NCBI GenBank assembly: GCA_035380125.1
Contig: DAOSWV010000004.1
Span: 43,562-107,561, forward strand
DNA length: 64,000 bases
Direction of reading: 5' to 3'
Origin: Oscillospiraceae bacterium
Lineage (GTDB): Bacteria > Bacillota > Clostridia > Oscillospirales > JAKOTC01
Shown: one piece after another, positions 37,110-45,922 of the stretch
How the letters are laid out: each line of letters starts with the position of its first letter
Numbering within the stretch: position 1 is the stretch's first letter
Notes under the pieces: generated by a model
The model's database searches: none
What the model saw: the letters and a program-made list of their open reading frames with translations, nothing else
Told to the model about the DNA's origin: nothing
Made by a program: the position numbers and the translations under genes

Positions 37110-38876
37110 TTATACTTTCTCCGCGTACATCTCGTAAAGGCCGGCATAAATGCCTTTCTTTGCAAGAAGCGCAGAATGCGTGCCCTGTTCGACGATGCCG
37201 TTTCGCGTCAAAACCAGAATCTTTGTGGCATTGCGGATGGTCGTCAGACGGTGGGCGATGGTCAGCGTGGTGCGGCCTTTTGCCAGCCGCTCGAGCGACT
37301 GCTGCACCAGTTTTTCGCTCTCGTTGTCGAGAGAACTGGTGGCCTCATCGAGGATCAGAATCGGCGGATTTTTCAAAAACACCCGCGCAATCGAAATGCG
37401 TTGCTTCTGACCGCCCGAGAGCTTGACGCCGCGTTCGCCGACATAAGTGTCGAATCCGTCGGGAAGTTCACCGATAAACTCATCGGCACCCGCGAGTTTG
37501 GCCGCCTCGAGAATCTCCTCGTCAGTCGCACCGGGCTTGCCGTATTCGATATTATCACGCACGCTGCCCGAAAACAGATAGACATCCTGCGCCACGACGC
37601 CGATTTGGCCACGCAGGGAAGACAAGGTGAAGTCGCGGATATCACGCCCGTCAATTTTAATGGAACCGCCGCGAGTCTCATAGAAGCGTGGAATCAGGCT
37701 GCACAGCGTGGTCTTTCCGCCGCCGGAAGGCCCGACCAGCGCGACATTTTCACCCGCGCCGATGTGGATGTTAATGTCCGCGAGAACATTATCGGTTTCC
37801 TCGGAATATTTGAACGAGACGTTTTCAAAATCAATCTCACCGCGTGCGTTTTCAAGCGCGATGGCATTCGGACTGTCGACGATGGTAGCGGGGGTGTCCA
37901 TGATCTCGGAAAAACGCTCGATTCCGGTCATACCACGTTGGAACTGTTCGGCAAATTCGACGATACGCCGGATTGAGGTCAGCAGTGTGGTGGCATACAT
38001 CAGATAAGCAATCAAATCGGCCGGTTGGATCTTGCCCTTGATCATAAACATGGAACCGGCGACGACGACCGTGATGTACATTACGCCGTCGAAAAACCGG
38101 GTCGAGGCTTGAAATCCCGCCATATAGCGGTAGACCTTGGTTTTGATTTTTAAAAAGCCGATATTGCCCTCTTCGAATTTTTCGCTCTCGATGCCTTCGT
38201 TGGCAAACGATTTCACCACGCGGATACCGAGCAGCGAATCCTCCACCTGCGAATTCAGCTCGCCGACCTTGATGCGCGACTGCCGAAAACCGGCCCGCAT
38301 ACGGGTATTGAAAAATTGCAGCACGAGTACCATCACCGGGATTACGGAGAATACGATCAGCGTCAGCCAAAAGCTGTATTGCGATAAAATCACAAACGCC
38401 GCGATGATCTTGATTCCCGCGATGAAGAATTCCTCGGGGCAGTGGTGGGCAAATTCGGTGACTTCAAACAGATCATTAGTGATGCGTGACATCAATTGCC
38501 CGATCTTGGTGTTATCGTAGAAAGAATACGAAAGTTTTTGCAGGTGGTTGAACATATCCCGGCGCATGTCGGTTTCGATTCTCGCACCCATAACGTGTCC
38601 GACTGAGGCCATGTAGTAATTGGCTGCGGTATCAATGATGCGCAGGACGAGATAAAGCCCGCCGAGTTTGAGAATCACGGCGATGGTCAGCGAGGCAATA
38701 TCATTAATCCCTGCGTTAGTGATATAACGCACGATCAGCGGCAGCACCAATTCGCATACGGTGGTGAACGCCGCGCAGAACAAGTCAAACACCAGAACCG
38801 GAATATATTTTTTATAATAGGGCAGGAACCGCCTTATAAGCCCTTTGCGGGGTTTTCTTTCTTCGTCTGAGAGCAT
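37110..38876 (-). CDS. ABC exporter, fused permease/ATPase (MsbA/multidrug type)
   Basis: 588 aa with a six-TM N-terminal half, Walker A GPSGGGKTT, signature LSGGQKQR and Walker B ILILDEATS. Confidence 0.85.
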   Translation of the reverse strand: MLSDEERKPRKGLIRRFLPYYKKYIPVLVFDLFCAAFTTVCELVLPLIVRYITNAGINDIASLTIAVILKLGGLYLVLRIIDTAANYYMASVGHVMGARIETDMRRDMFNHLQKLSYSFYDNTKIGQLMSRITNDLFEVTEFAHHCPEEFFIAGIKIIAAFVILSQYSFWLTLIVFSVIPVMVLVLQFFNTRMRAGFRQSRIKVGELNSQVEDSLLGIRVVKSFANEGIESEKFEEGNIGFLKIKTKVYRYMAGFQASTRFFDGVMYITVVVAGSMFMIKGKIQPADLIAYLMYATTLLTSIRRIVEFAEQFQRGMTGIERFSEIMDTPATIVDSPNAIALENARGEIDFENVSFKYSEETDNVLADINIHIGAGENVALVGPSGGGKTTLCSLIPRFYETRGGSIKIDGRDIRDFTLSSLRGQIGVVAQDVYLFSGSVRDNIEYGKPGATDEEILEAAKLAGADEFIGELPDGFDTYVGERGVKLSGGQKQRISIARVFLKNPPILILDEATSSLDNESEKLVQQSLERLAKGRTTLTIAHRLTTIRNATKILVLTRNGIVEQGTHSALLAKKGIYAGLYEMYAEKV

Positions 38877-38891
38877 TATGCCTCCTGTGTA

Positions 38892-40682
38892 TTATTTATT
38901 ATTGGTGCGGAAAAGCCGCTTGCCGTCGAGCTGATGATTCAGCATGGTATTGGCCTTTCTTTGCAGCTGTTCGGTGATCTCGGGCGACAGCCAGAAGATG
39001 TCTTCGAGCGCGGCTGTCGGTGAGAGCAGCAGCATTTCGCGTTCCCGGCCTTCGATCAGGCGGATGATTTCATAGGTATTGTCGATTTCGGCGCGGGTCA
39101 GGCGTTCGTATTCGAGCAGGCGCGGATCGGCGTCGAGCGGCCACTGCGGGCTGATTTCCGGTTCTTCGGTATAGTCGGTGGAATCGACGATGTCTTGAAA
39201 TTTCATCGCGTGCATATAGTTCTTTGCAAAACAGTTTAACAGCGAAAAGCGGTCTGCGGCCAACAGGAACAATTCCGGATGATCCGATTTTTCCGCAACA
39301 TTCAAATACAGTTTTCGTGCCGCATCAATTTGCGCCATCATCTTCTGAAGACATTTCGAGGCCAGAAATACCGCATAGTATCCACGGATGAACGAGGTGT
39401 TTTGGTTGTTGAGCAGGTCGTTGGCCTGTTCTTCATCGACGGCTTGGAACTGATACGGGCGGTAATAATCCTTTTCTTCTTCAGTCAGTTCGTCGGGGAA
39501 CAGCACAAACGGACGGTTGATGAGTCGCTGATTGACGCTGGTCCACGAGAAGCCCTCAATGCAGGTGTCGAGGTAGTGTTTGACGGAGAGGTCAATGGCC
39601 TGCCATGCGTCGACAAGCGCACCGGAATTTTGGCTTCCGGCGACCTGTGCGGCAAACTTTTTCAACAACGCGGCGCGGTCGGCAAAGGAACGAGTCGGGT
39701 GTTCTGAGAACATCTCATACAGCGTAAAATAACCGTCGAGGTCGTCGTCGTTGATATACAGCCGCAAAATTTCGCTCTTGCTTTCATTGGCATTTTGGAG
39801 TTGGCGCAGGTATTCAAAATAGAGCGGAATGCAGCGTACCGGAGAGTAGGTGAATTCGTAATTAACGTCGACCAACGAGGAGAGCGGCGTGCCTTTGTTG
39901 CTCTTGAAGTTGACAGCCATACCGTCGTCGAGCAGCGGCCAGACGGCGTCCATGACGCTCTCATCGGCTTTAAACCCGATATTGCTGTTGGTCTCGATGG
40001 AGATCTCCCGTCCCACGTCGGCAGCGCCTTCACGGAAGACGCGGAAATAACCGAGAATCCGCTGAGCTAACGGGATGTTCTTGCACCATTCGGGTCCGTT
40101 CGGGCCGTCGTAGAGTCCGCTGGAATGGCAGATACCCGCGCCGCAGTCGTTGGTGTGCAGATAGACATAATCAATTTCGGCGGTTTCGCAGAGTCTTTTC
40201 ATCGCGCTGCGATACATCGCCAGTACTTCGGGATTGTCCATGCAGGGACTGTAATAATAATTGGTTGCACGGCGGGGATGGTCGCAGCGTGGGCCACGCC
40301 AGGACGGATGGTCACGATAGACCTCCTCGGGCAGATAAAACGGCTCTGCGAAGTAGGCGGCGGCTTTCAAGCCGTATTTTTTCAAGATCGCACAGCGTTT
40401 TTTGATCAGTTCAAAGTTGCGGTTGGCATAATCCTGCGGAATGTAATTTTTCAATTCTTTCGGGACGATGATTTTAAACAGCGCCGAGTTGAGCATGCCC
40501 CAGTTGGGATAGGGATCACTCATATCGCGTTCCCAGATCCAGCGGCTTTTTTCGACTTCGGTGACGAAGATGTGGGTCGCACCGGCTTTGGCAGCCCTTG
40601 CGGCATATGTTTCGAACTTTTTCAGATCGGTGACATCGGTGTTGATTGGCGTGATCTGAAAAATGGTCATTTTCTTTTTCAT
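38892..40682 (-). CDS. hypothetical 596-aa cytoplasmic protein; family not recognised
   Basis: Long ORF with coding-like composition and no signal peptide. Its stop lies 15 nt upstream of the ABC exporter start, which implies co-transcription. Confidence 0.6.
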   Translation of the reverse strand: MKKKMTIFQITPINTDVTDLKKFETYAARAAKAGATHIFVTEVEKSRWIWERDMSDPYPNWGMLNSALFKIIVPKELKNYIPQDYANRNFELIKKRCAILKKYGLKAAAYFAEPFYLPEEVYRDHPSWRGPRCDHPRRATNYYYSPCMDNPEVLAMYRSAMKRLCETAEIDYVYLHTNDCGAGICHSSGLYDGPNGPEWCKNIPLAQRILGYFRVFREGAADVGREISIETNSNIGFKADESVMDAVWPLLDDGMAVNFKSNKGTPLSSLVDVNYEFTYSPVRCIPLYFEYLRQLQNANESKSEILRLYINDDDLDGYFTLYEMFSEHPTRSFADRAALLKKFAAQVAGSQNSGALVDAWQAIDLSVKHYLDTCIEGFSWTSVNQRLINRPFVLFPDELTEEEKDYYRPYQFQAVDEEQANDLLNNQNTSFIRGYYAVFLASKCLQKMMAQIDAARKLYLNVAEKSDHPELFLLAADRFSLLNCFAKNYMHAMKFQDIVDSTDYTEEPEISPQWPLDADPRLLEYERLTRAEIDNTYEIIRLIEGREREMLLLSPTAALEDIFWLSPEITEQLQRKANTMLNHQLDGKRLFRTNNK

Positions 40683-40914
40683 GTTGTTACCTCCAATTGC
40701 GCAGTTGCGTCTGGTTCATTGTAACCCGCAGCGAGGGGTAAAGTCAACCTGTAAAATGACCTCGGCAACCAAAAAAGGAAATTTATACATCGCACGTCGG
40801 ATGCGTTTTCAGAAAAATTTTTCCTTTGTTGTAACGATATGGAATAAGAATCTGTCTTATCAGAAACCGGTCATAGCGCCGGAGGATATCAATGATGAAA
40901 GGCATGGTATATGA

Positions 40915-41643
40915 ATGGGAGATCTGGTGATTGACGTAAGCGACCTGAGGAAGGTCTACCGGATCGGTCAGGAAAAGGTTGTTGCGCTTGATCGTGTCAA
41001 TATACAGGTAGAACGCGGTACAATTTGCTGTCTGCTCGGGACTTCGGGTTCGGGTAAATCGACGCTTTTAAACATGCTGGCCGGGCTCGAAAAACCGACC
41101 AAAGGTACGATTACAATCGACGGAAACCACATCGACAAAATGAACGAAAAGTCGCTGGCGAAATACCGGCAGGGGAACATCGGGTTCGTGTTTCAAGGTT
41201 ACAATCTGATTCCGTCAATGACCGCATTGGAGAATGTGGCGCTGCCGCTGACCTTTGAGGGAGTGCCGAGAAAAGCACGGTTAAAGGCCGCGAAAGATAT
41301 TCTGACAAACGTGGGACTCGGCGACCATCTGAATCACAGACCGGACCAGCTTTCGGGCGGACAACAGCAGCGGGTTGGCATTGCGCGGGCGTTTGTGGCA
41401 GCGCCGAAAATTGTCTTTGCGGACGAGCCGACCGGGAATCTCGACTCCAAGACCACCACCGAGATCATGGATTTGATCGTACGCGAGATCCGAAAAAACC
41501 ACGGCACGCTGGTACTTGTTACGCACGACCGGGATTTGGCGAAATACGCTGATAAGATTTTTCATGTCCTTGACGGGAACATCCTCAGCGTTGAAGAAAA
41601 CGAACATCCGCAGATTGTTACGCAGTCAGCGGAAGTACATTGA
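40915..41643 (+). CDS. ABC transporter ATP-binding protein (MacB/LolD/FtsE-type)
   Basis: Walker A GTSGSGKST, Q-loop, LSGGQQQRVGIARA and Walker B IVFADEPTGNLD. Confidence 0.9.
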   Translation: MGDLVIDVSDLRKVYRIGQEKVVALDRVNIQVERGTICCLLGTSGSGKSTLLNMLAGLEKPTKGTITIDGNHIDKMNEKSLAKYRQGNIGFVFQGYNLIPSMTALENVALPLTFEGVPRKARLKAAKDILTNVGLGDHLNHRPDQLSGGQQQRVGIARAFVAAPKIVFADEPTGNLDSKTTTEIMDLIVREIRKNHGTLVLVTHDRDLAKYADKIFHVLDGNILSVEENEHPQIVTQSAEVH

Positions 41644-41657
41644 AGAAGGGTAACAAT

Positions 41658-43676
41658 ATGATAATTACAAAAAAGAGAATGCTTGCATGGATTTTTGCAC
41701 TGGTGATGGCTTTTTCACTGTTCGCGGCGACAGTAGGGGCCGCAGAGGCGCCCCTGTCATTTTCGGTCGGCTCCCAGAACGTATTTACACCGGGTTACGC
41801 CACCGTCCCCATCCTCGTGATGAATAATGGGAATAAAGAAGTTAAAATCACCAATATCGAAGTCCTGTCCGGCTGCGACTTTGAGCCGGTAAACGTGGTG
41901 GTTCCCAATGCGAAAATTGCCGCGAATTCACCGCAGGTCGTTTCCATCAACGCTTTTTATAAAGGTACCGGCGGTTTGCTGAGCATTCGGGTCACTTCAA
42001 TCATCGATTCGGTCACCTATATCAATAATACAACCGTTTCGATTAACGGGACGGCGGTTCCTTCGAGTTCCGACGGTTCTGCGCCGCTGCTCAATGTCAC
42101 AGCGGTCAGCGCAAACGGCCTCATGGGCGGCAGAACGAGCAACATCACCCTGTCAATTGCAAATGCCGGCACAGGTGCCGCACACAGCGTTTCCGTTCAG
42201 CTGGCAGGCACCGGGGACGCCGCACAGTATTTCACGATGGCATCGGGGCAGGGCAGTACAACGCTGATCAACCCGGTTTCTTTGGGAAGTGTCATCATCC
42301 CGTTGGCGATCTCGGCCGATATTCCGGGCGGCAATTATGTTCTCGGTTACACCATCACCGCGAATTCCGACGATGGCACCCCTTCGACCTTTGAGGGCAC
42401 AATCACCGTCGCAGTCAAAGCGCGTGATCTGGCAGCGCTGCCGTATGTCAAATCCATCGGCATTCAAAAAGCCGACGAAAACAATCCCAACCGATACCTG
42501 ATGACAGTTGTCGTGGCCAATCCGGGCGAATACGATATCAGCAAGATGAACGTGACGTTCGGTTCACAGCCGACCTCCGGATTCTCGCTGTACGAAAACT
42601 TCACACCGGTGTCTTTGGGCGCTATCTCCTCAGGGAAAGAGGCGCAGGCCGTTTTCTCGGTCTATATCGACAGTTCGGTCTCCGCCGGAAACTATCCGCT
42701 CACTTTCGGCCTTAATTACCGCTCGACGGATATGACAACCGATTCTAAGTTGGACAGCACCGCCTATCTCGAACTCGACCGCGGCGCGGGCAGTTCTTCT
42801 TCAACCCCGAGAATCATTATTTCGAAATATAATACAAGTACTGACACCATCACCTCGGGCAACGAATTTAAACTCAGCTTCACTTTGAAAAACACCGCAA
42901 AGACCACCGAAGTCCGAAACATCAAAGTCGTTCTGTCTTCGGGTTCTGTGTCCAGCGGCGGCGCGGTTTTTGTGGTTGCCGAAGGCAGCAACTCGTTCTA
43001 TATCGACAGCATTGCCGCCGAGAGTGAAGCCACCAAATCGATTCAGCTCGTAGCCAATCAGGACGCGGAACCGGGCATTTATCCGATCATGCTCTCTATT
43101 GAATACGAGGATGAGAGCGGCAGAACCTTCAGCACGACCGAGGAACTCTCGTTCGCTGTCAGCCAGGAGCAACGTCTTGAGACGGTCGGCTTCAACCTGA
43201 TGCAGAGCGCCATGGAAGGCGATATGATCCCTGTCAGCTTTCAGTATATCAATAAGGGAAAAGCCACGATTTATAACCTGACAATCGCTGTGGAAGGCGA
43301 CTTTACACTTTCGAGCGGCGATACTTATGTCGGTAATATGAATGCCGGACAAAATGACTATTTTGACGACTACATGATGGCGATGGGTACCGGTACAATG
43401 ACCGGTGCAATCGTCTTAAAATATGAGAGCTCGAACGGCACCCCGCAGGAACTGCGGCAGGAATTCACCGTCGAGGTCATGCCGATGGAGGTTACAGATC
43501 CGACCGATCCGGGTTTCCCGGTTGATCCCGTGGGTCCGATTGAACCGGTTCAAAACGGTTTGGCATGGTGGGTCTGGACGTTGATCGGTTTCGGTGCGGT
43601 TGCAGTTGTCACGGTCATTATCGTGGTTTCGGTAAAAAAGGCAAAGAAAGCAAAGGCAGCAAATGAAGAAGACTGA
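41658..43676 (+). CDS. secreted, C-terminally membrane-anchored protein built from ~5-6 CARDB/COG1361-like beta-sandwich repeats
   Basis: Start at ATG 41658; a TTG at 41640 would overlap the upstream stop. Signal peptide ...SLFAATVGAAEA. Repeated patterns are VMNNGNKEVKITNIEV, LSIANAGTGAAHSVSVQL, VVVANPGEYDISKMNVTF, FTLKNTAKTTEVRNIKVVL and FQYINKGKATIYNLTIAV. A C-terminal TM helix is followed by KKAKKAK. Confidence 0.7.
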   Translation: MIITKKRMLAWIFALVMAFSLFAATVGAAEAPLSFSVGSQNVFTPGYATVPILVMNNGNKEVKITNIEVLSGCDFEPVNVVVPNAKIAANSPQVVSINAFYKGTGGLLSIRVTSIIDSVTYINNTTVSINGTAVPSSSDGSAPLLNVTAVSANGLMGGRTSNITLSIANAGTGAAHSVSVQLAGTGDAAQYFTMASGQGSTTLINPVSLGSVIIPLAISADIPGGNYVLGYTITANSDDGTPSTFEGTITVAVKARDLAALPYVKSIGIQKADENNPNRYLMTVVVANPGEYDISKMNVTFGSQPTSGFSLYENFTPVSLGAISSGKEAQAVFSVYIDSSVSAGNYPLTFGLNYRSTDMTTDSKLDSTAYLELDRGAGSSSSTPRIIISKYNTSTDTITSGNEFKLSFTLKNTAKTTEVRNIKVVLSSGSVSSGGAVFVVAEGSNSFYIDSIAAESEATKSIQLVANQDAEPGIYPIMLSIEYEDESGRTFSTTEELSFAVSQEQRLETVGFNLMQSAMEGDMIPVSFQYINKGKATIYNLTIAVEGDFTLSSGDTYVGNMNAGQNDYFDDYMMAMGTGTMTGAIVLKYESSNGTPQELRQEFTVEVMPMEVTDPTDPGFPVDPVGPIEPVQNGLAWWVWTLIGFGAVAVVTVIIVVSVKKAKKAKAANEED

Positions 43677-45030
43677 TATTGCGCTGATGGCGTTGGGTAA
43701 CTTCCGGCGCCGGAAAGCACGTTCCGTTTTGACGGTACTCGGTGTTGTCATCGGCGTGGCGTCAATCGTGGTTATGATCTCGCTGGGCGTCGCATTGAAC
43801 GTGAACTTCTCCAAAGAGATGGAGAACATGGGCGACCTGACGTTGGTCAATGTCTATCCGAACTGGAGCGAGGGTAAGGAAGTTCCGTTGACTGATGATG
43901 CGGTTAAAGAACTGCAGACCATTGACGGCGTAATTGCGGTTTCTCCGCAAGTATCCCTATATGGCCACTTCATCTCCGGAAAATATCACGCGAATGTCTC
44001 GATAATCGGCGTACGCCGCGACATCATGGAAAAACTCGGTTTTACGGTGGCGAGCGGTGAGATGCTGCCCGAGACTTCGACTGCCGCCGGAAAGACTTTT
44101 AGTTGCCTTTTCGGTTCACAGGTTGCCTCGTTCTTTTATAATCCGAGGGACAACGGCAGCTGGGGCGGCGGAGGTATTGCTTACAAAGAAGCCATAGCCC
44201 CCGGCGGTGTCGTCGTTGATGACGGTGAATACCAAGAACCGGTATTATTAGTCGACCCTTTGACGGATCGCATCCAGTTCACTTTCGACTATAACTATAA
44301 GATGCCCAATACTTATGACGACGGCAATACCAATGTCGCCAAGGTCTATACGCTCGACATCACAGGCGTGCTTGCGTCAGAAAACGGCGAGAAGGACTAT
44401 AATGTCTATGTCGACATGGAGACGGCCCTCAAGCTGAAGAAGGAATACGACAAATACAACGGTAACAAAACAAGCGCGAAAATTACCTACGACCAGATCT
44501 ATGTCAAGGCTAAAACAATGAACGAGACCATCGACATTGCCAAGCAGATTCAGGATCTCGGGTATCAGGCCTATGCTAATGCCGAATGGATTGCCAGTTA
44601 TCAAAAGCAGATGCAGAGCATCCAGCTGATTCTGGGCGGCATCGGTGCGGTTTCGCTGCTGGTTGCCGCGATCGGCATTACCAACACGATGATTATGTCC
44701 ATCTATGAGCGCACCCGTGAGATCGGCATTATGAAAGTCATCGGCTGCGTGGTCGGCGATATCCGTTCGTTGTTTCTGTATGAGGCAGGTATTATCGGTT
44801 TGGTCGGCGGTGCGATTGGCATTGGATTTAGCTATGCACTATCGTTTGTCTTAAATAAGGTGGGCGGCGGCTCATTGTTCGGCGGAATGGACGGCAGCAA
44901 ACTGTCGGTAATTCCGGCATGGTTGGCGCTCGGTGCGGTGTTGTTCGCCGTACTCGTCGGGCTGATCGCCGGGTTTCTGCCGGCGCACAGAGCTACGCGG
45001 CTCTCCGCGCTTGAGGCCATGAGATATTAG
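43663..45030 (+). CDS. ABC transporter permease, FtsX/MacB family with a large extracytoplasmic domain
   Basis: 455 aa. The N-terminus ALGNFRRRKARSVLTVLGVVIGVASIV, the MacB-type periplasmic domain and a C-terminal FtsX 3-TM bundle are present. It overlaps the upstream gene by 14 nt. Confidence 0.85.
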   Translation: MKKTDIALMALGNFRRRKARSVLTVLGVVIGVASIVVMISLGVALNVNFSKEMENMGDLTLVNVYPNWSEGKEVPLTDDAVKELQTIDGVIAVSPQVSLYGHFISGKYHANVSIIGVRRDIMEKLGFTVASGEMLPETSTAAGKTFSCLFGSQVASFFYNPRDNGSWGGGGIAYKEAIAPGGVVVDDGEYQEPVLLVDPLTDRIQFTFDYNYKMPNTYDDGNTNVAKVYTLDITGVLASENGEKDYNVYVDMETALKLKKEYDKYNGNKTSAKITYDQIYVKAKTMNETIDIAKQIQDLGYQAYANAEWIASYQKQMQSIQLILGGIGAVSLLVAAIGITNTMIMSIYERTREIGIMKVIGCVVGDIRSLFLYEAGIIGLVGGAIGIGFSYALSFVLNKVGGGSLFGGMDGSKLSVIPAWLALGAVLFAVLVGLIAGFLPAHRATRLSALEAMRY

Positions 45031-45047
45031 AATATTTTAAGCAAAAT

Positions 45048-45085
45048 GTGAACAGGACGTCCGGTTTTCCGAGCGCCCTGTTTTT
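45048..45085 (+). terminator. intrinsic terminator after the ABC operon
   Basis: Stem AACAGGACG/CGCCCTGTT with one mismatch, followed by TTTTTAT. Confidence 0.55.
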
Positions 45086-45210
45086 ATAAAGCGTAAAAAT
45101 ATTTCGACAAAAAAACGTAAAATTTTCATTTTAGGTCTATACAAATGGTATAAAATATAGTATAATAATAATCCGCCTCCAATTCAGGTACGAAAGGGTC
45201 GTGTGACAAA

Positions 45211-45909
45211 ATGAGAAACGACTTTCCGCGCATTTTATCATTACTGCGTAAGGAACGAAATATAAGCCAAAAGGCTGCCGCCCAAAAACTCGGCATCAGC
45301 CAGGCGCTTTTATCCCATTATGAAAAAGGTATCCGAGAATGCGGATTGGATTTTGTGATCGCTGTCGCCGACGAATACGGCGTCTCGACCGACTATCTGT
45401 TGGGCCGGACGTCCGACCGGCAGGGCGTACAGCTTATGGCAGAGGATATCCCCGAATATGACGATTCCGGTGATAAAACCTTTAACGGCAGCGTCGTTGC
45501 AACCCTGAACAAGAAGTTAATTGTCAATACAGTAAGTATAGTTTTCGATCAGCTTCGTTCACCGAAATTAAAGGATCTGACCACCGAGATTAGCGCATAT
45601 CTGTCACTGGCTTTGTATAAAGTATTTCATATTCTGTATTGTGCCAATCCCAAGAATCCCCGTGCGATGTTTGCGATTCGGGAGGGGCTTTCGACCGGCT
45701 TGAGCAACGCGGCGATGCAGGTGAGTGAGGCTTATATGACCACGCTTTGTTCCGGGGACGCAATCGGCGAATACAGCCCTGTGACACCGGAAATCGCACC
45801 GGAGATGTCTCCGGAGCAGTTATCCTCCCGTTATCAGCAAACCGCCGCCTCGCTGTTCAACGTCGTCAGCGCGGCCGAATCGAGGATGGGCGCCAAGCCC
45901 AAGAAATAG
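45211..45909 (+). CDS. XRE-family HTH protein with a ~165-aa C-terminal domain; putative antitoxin/regulator
   Basis: HTH segment LRKERNISQKAAAQKLGISQALLSHYEKG. Its stop lies 13 nt before the proposed ATT start of the zeta-like ORF and overlaps that gene's SD. Confidence 0.8.
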   Translation: MRNDFPRILSLLRKERNISQKAAAQKLGISQALLSHYEKGIRECGLDFVIAVADEYGVSTDYLLGRTSDRQGVQLMAEDIPEYDDSGDKTFNGSVVATLNKKLIVNTVSIVFDQLRSPKLKDLTTEISAYLSLALYKVFHILYCANPKNPRAMFAIREGLSTGLSNAAMQVSEAYMTTLCSGDAIGEYSPVTPEIAPEMSPEQLSSRYQQTAASLFNVVSAAESRMGAKPKK

Positions 45910-45922
45910 GGGGTGTTGACCC

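Noticed and set aside
37176-37976. 266-aa plus-strand ORF, and similar ORFs at 40125-40724, 61645-62439 and 63397-63930
   Set aside because: Each lies antisense to a strongly supported gene (ABC exporter, the 596-aa ORF, fhs, the heparinase-like gene) and has no motifs or RBS.
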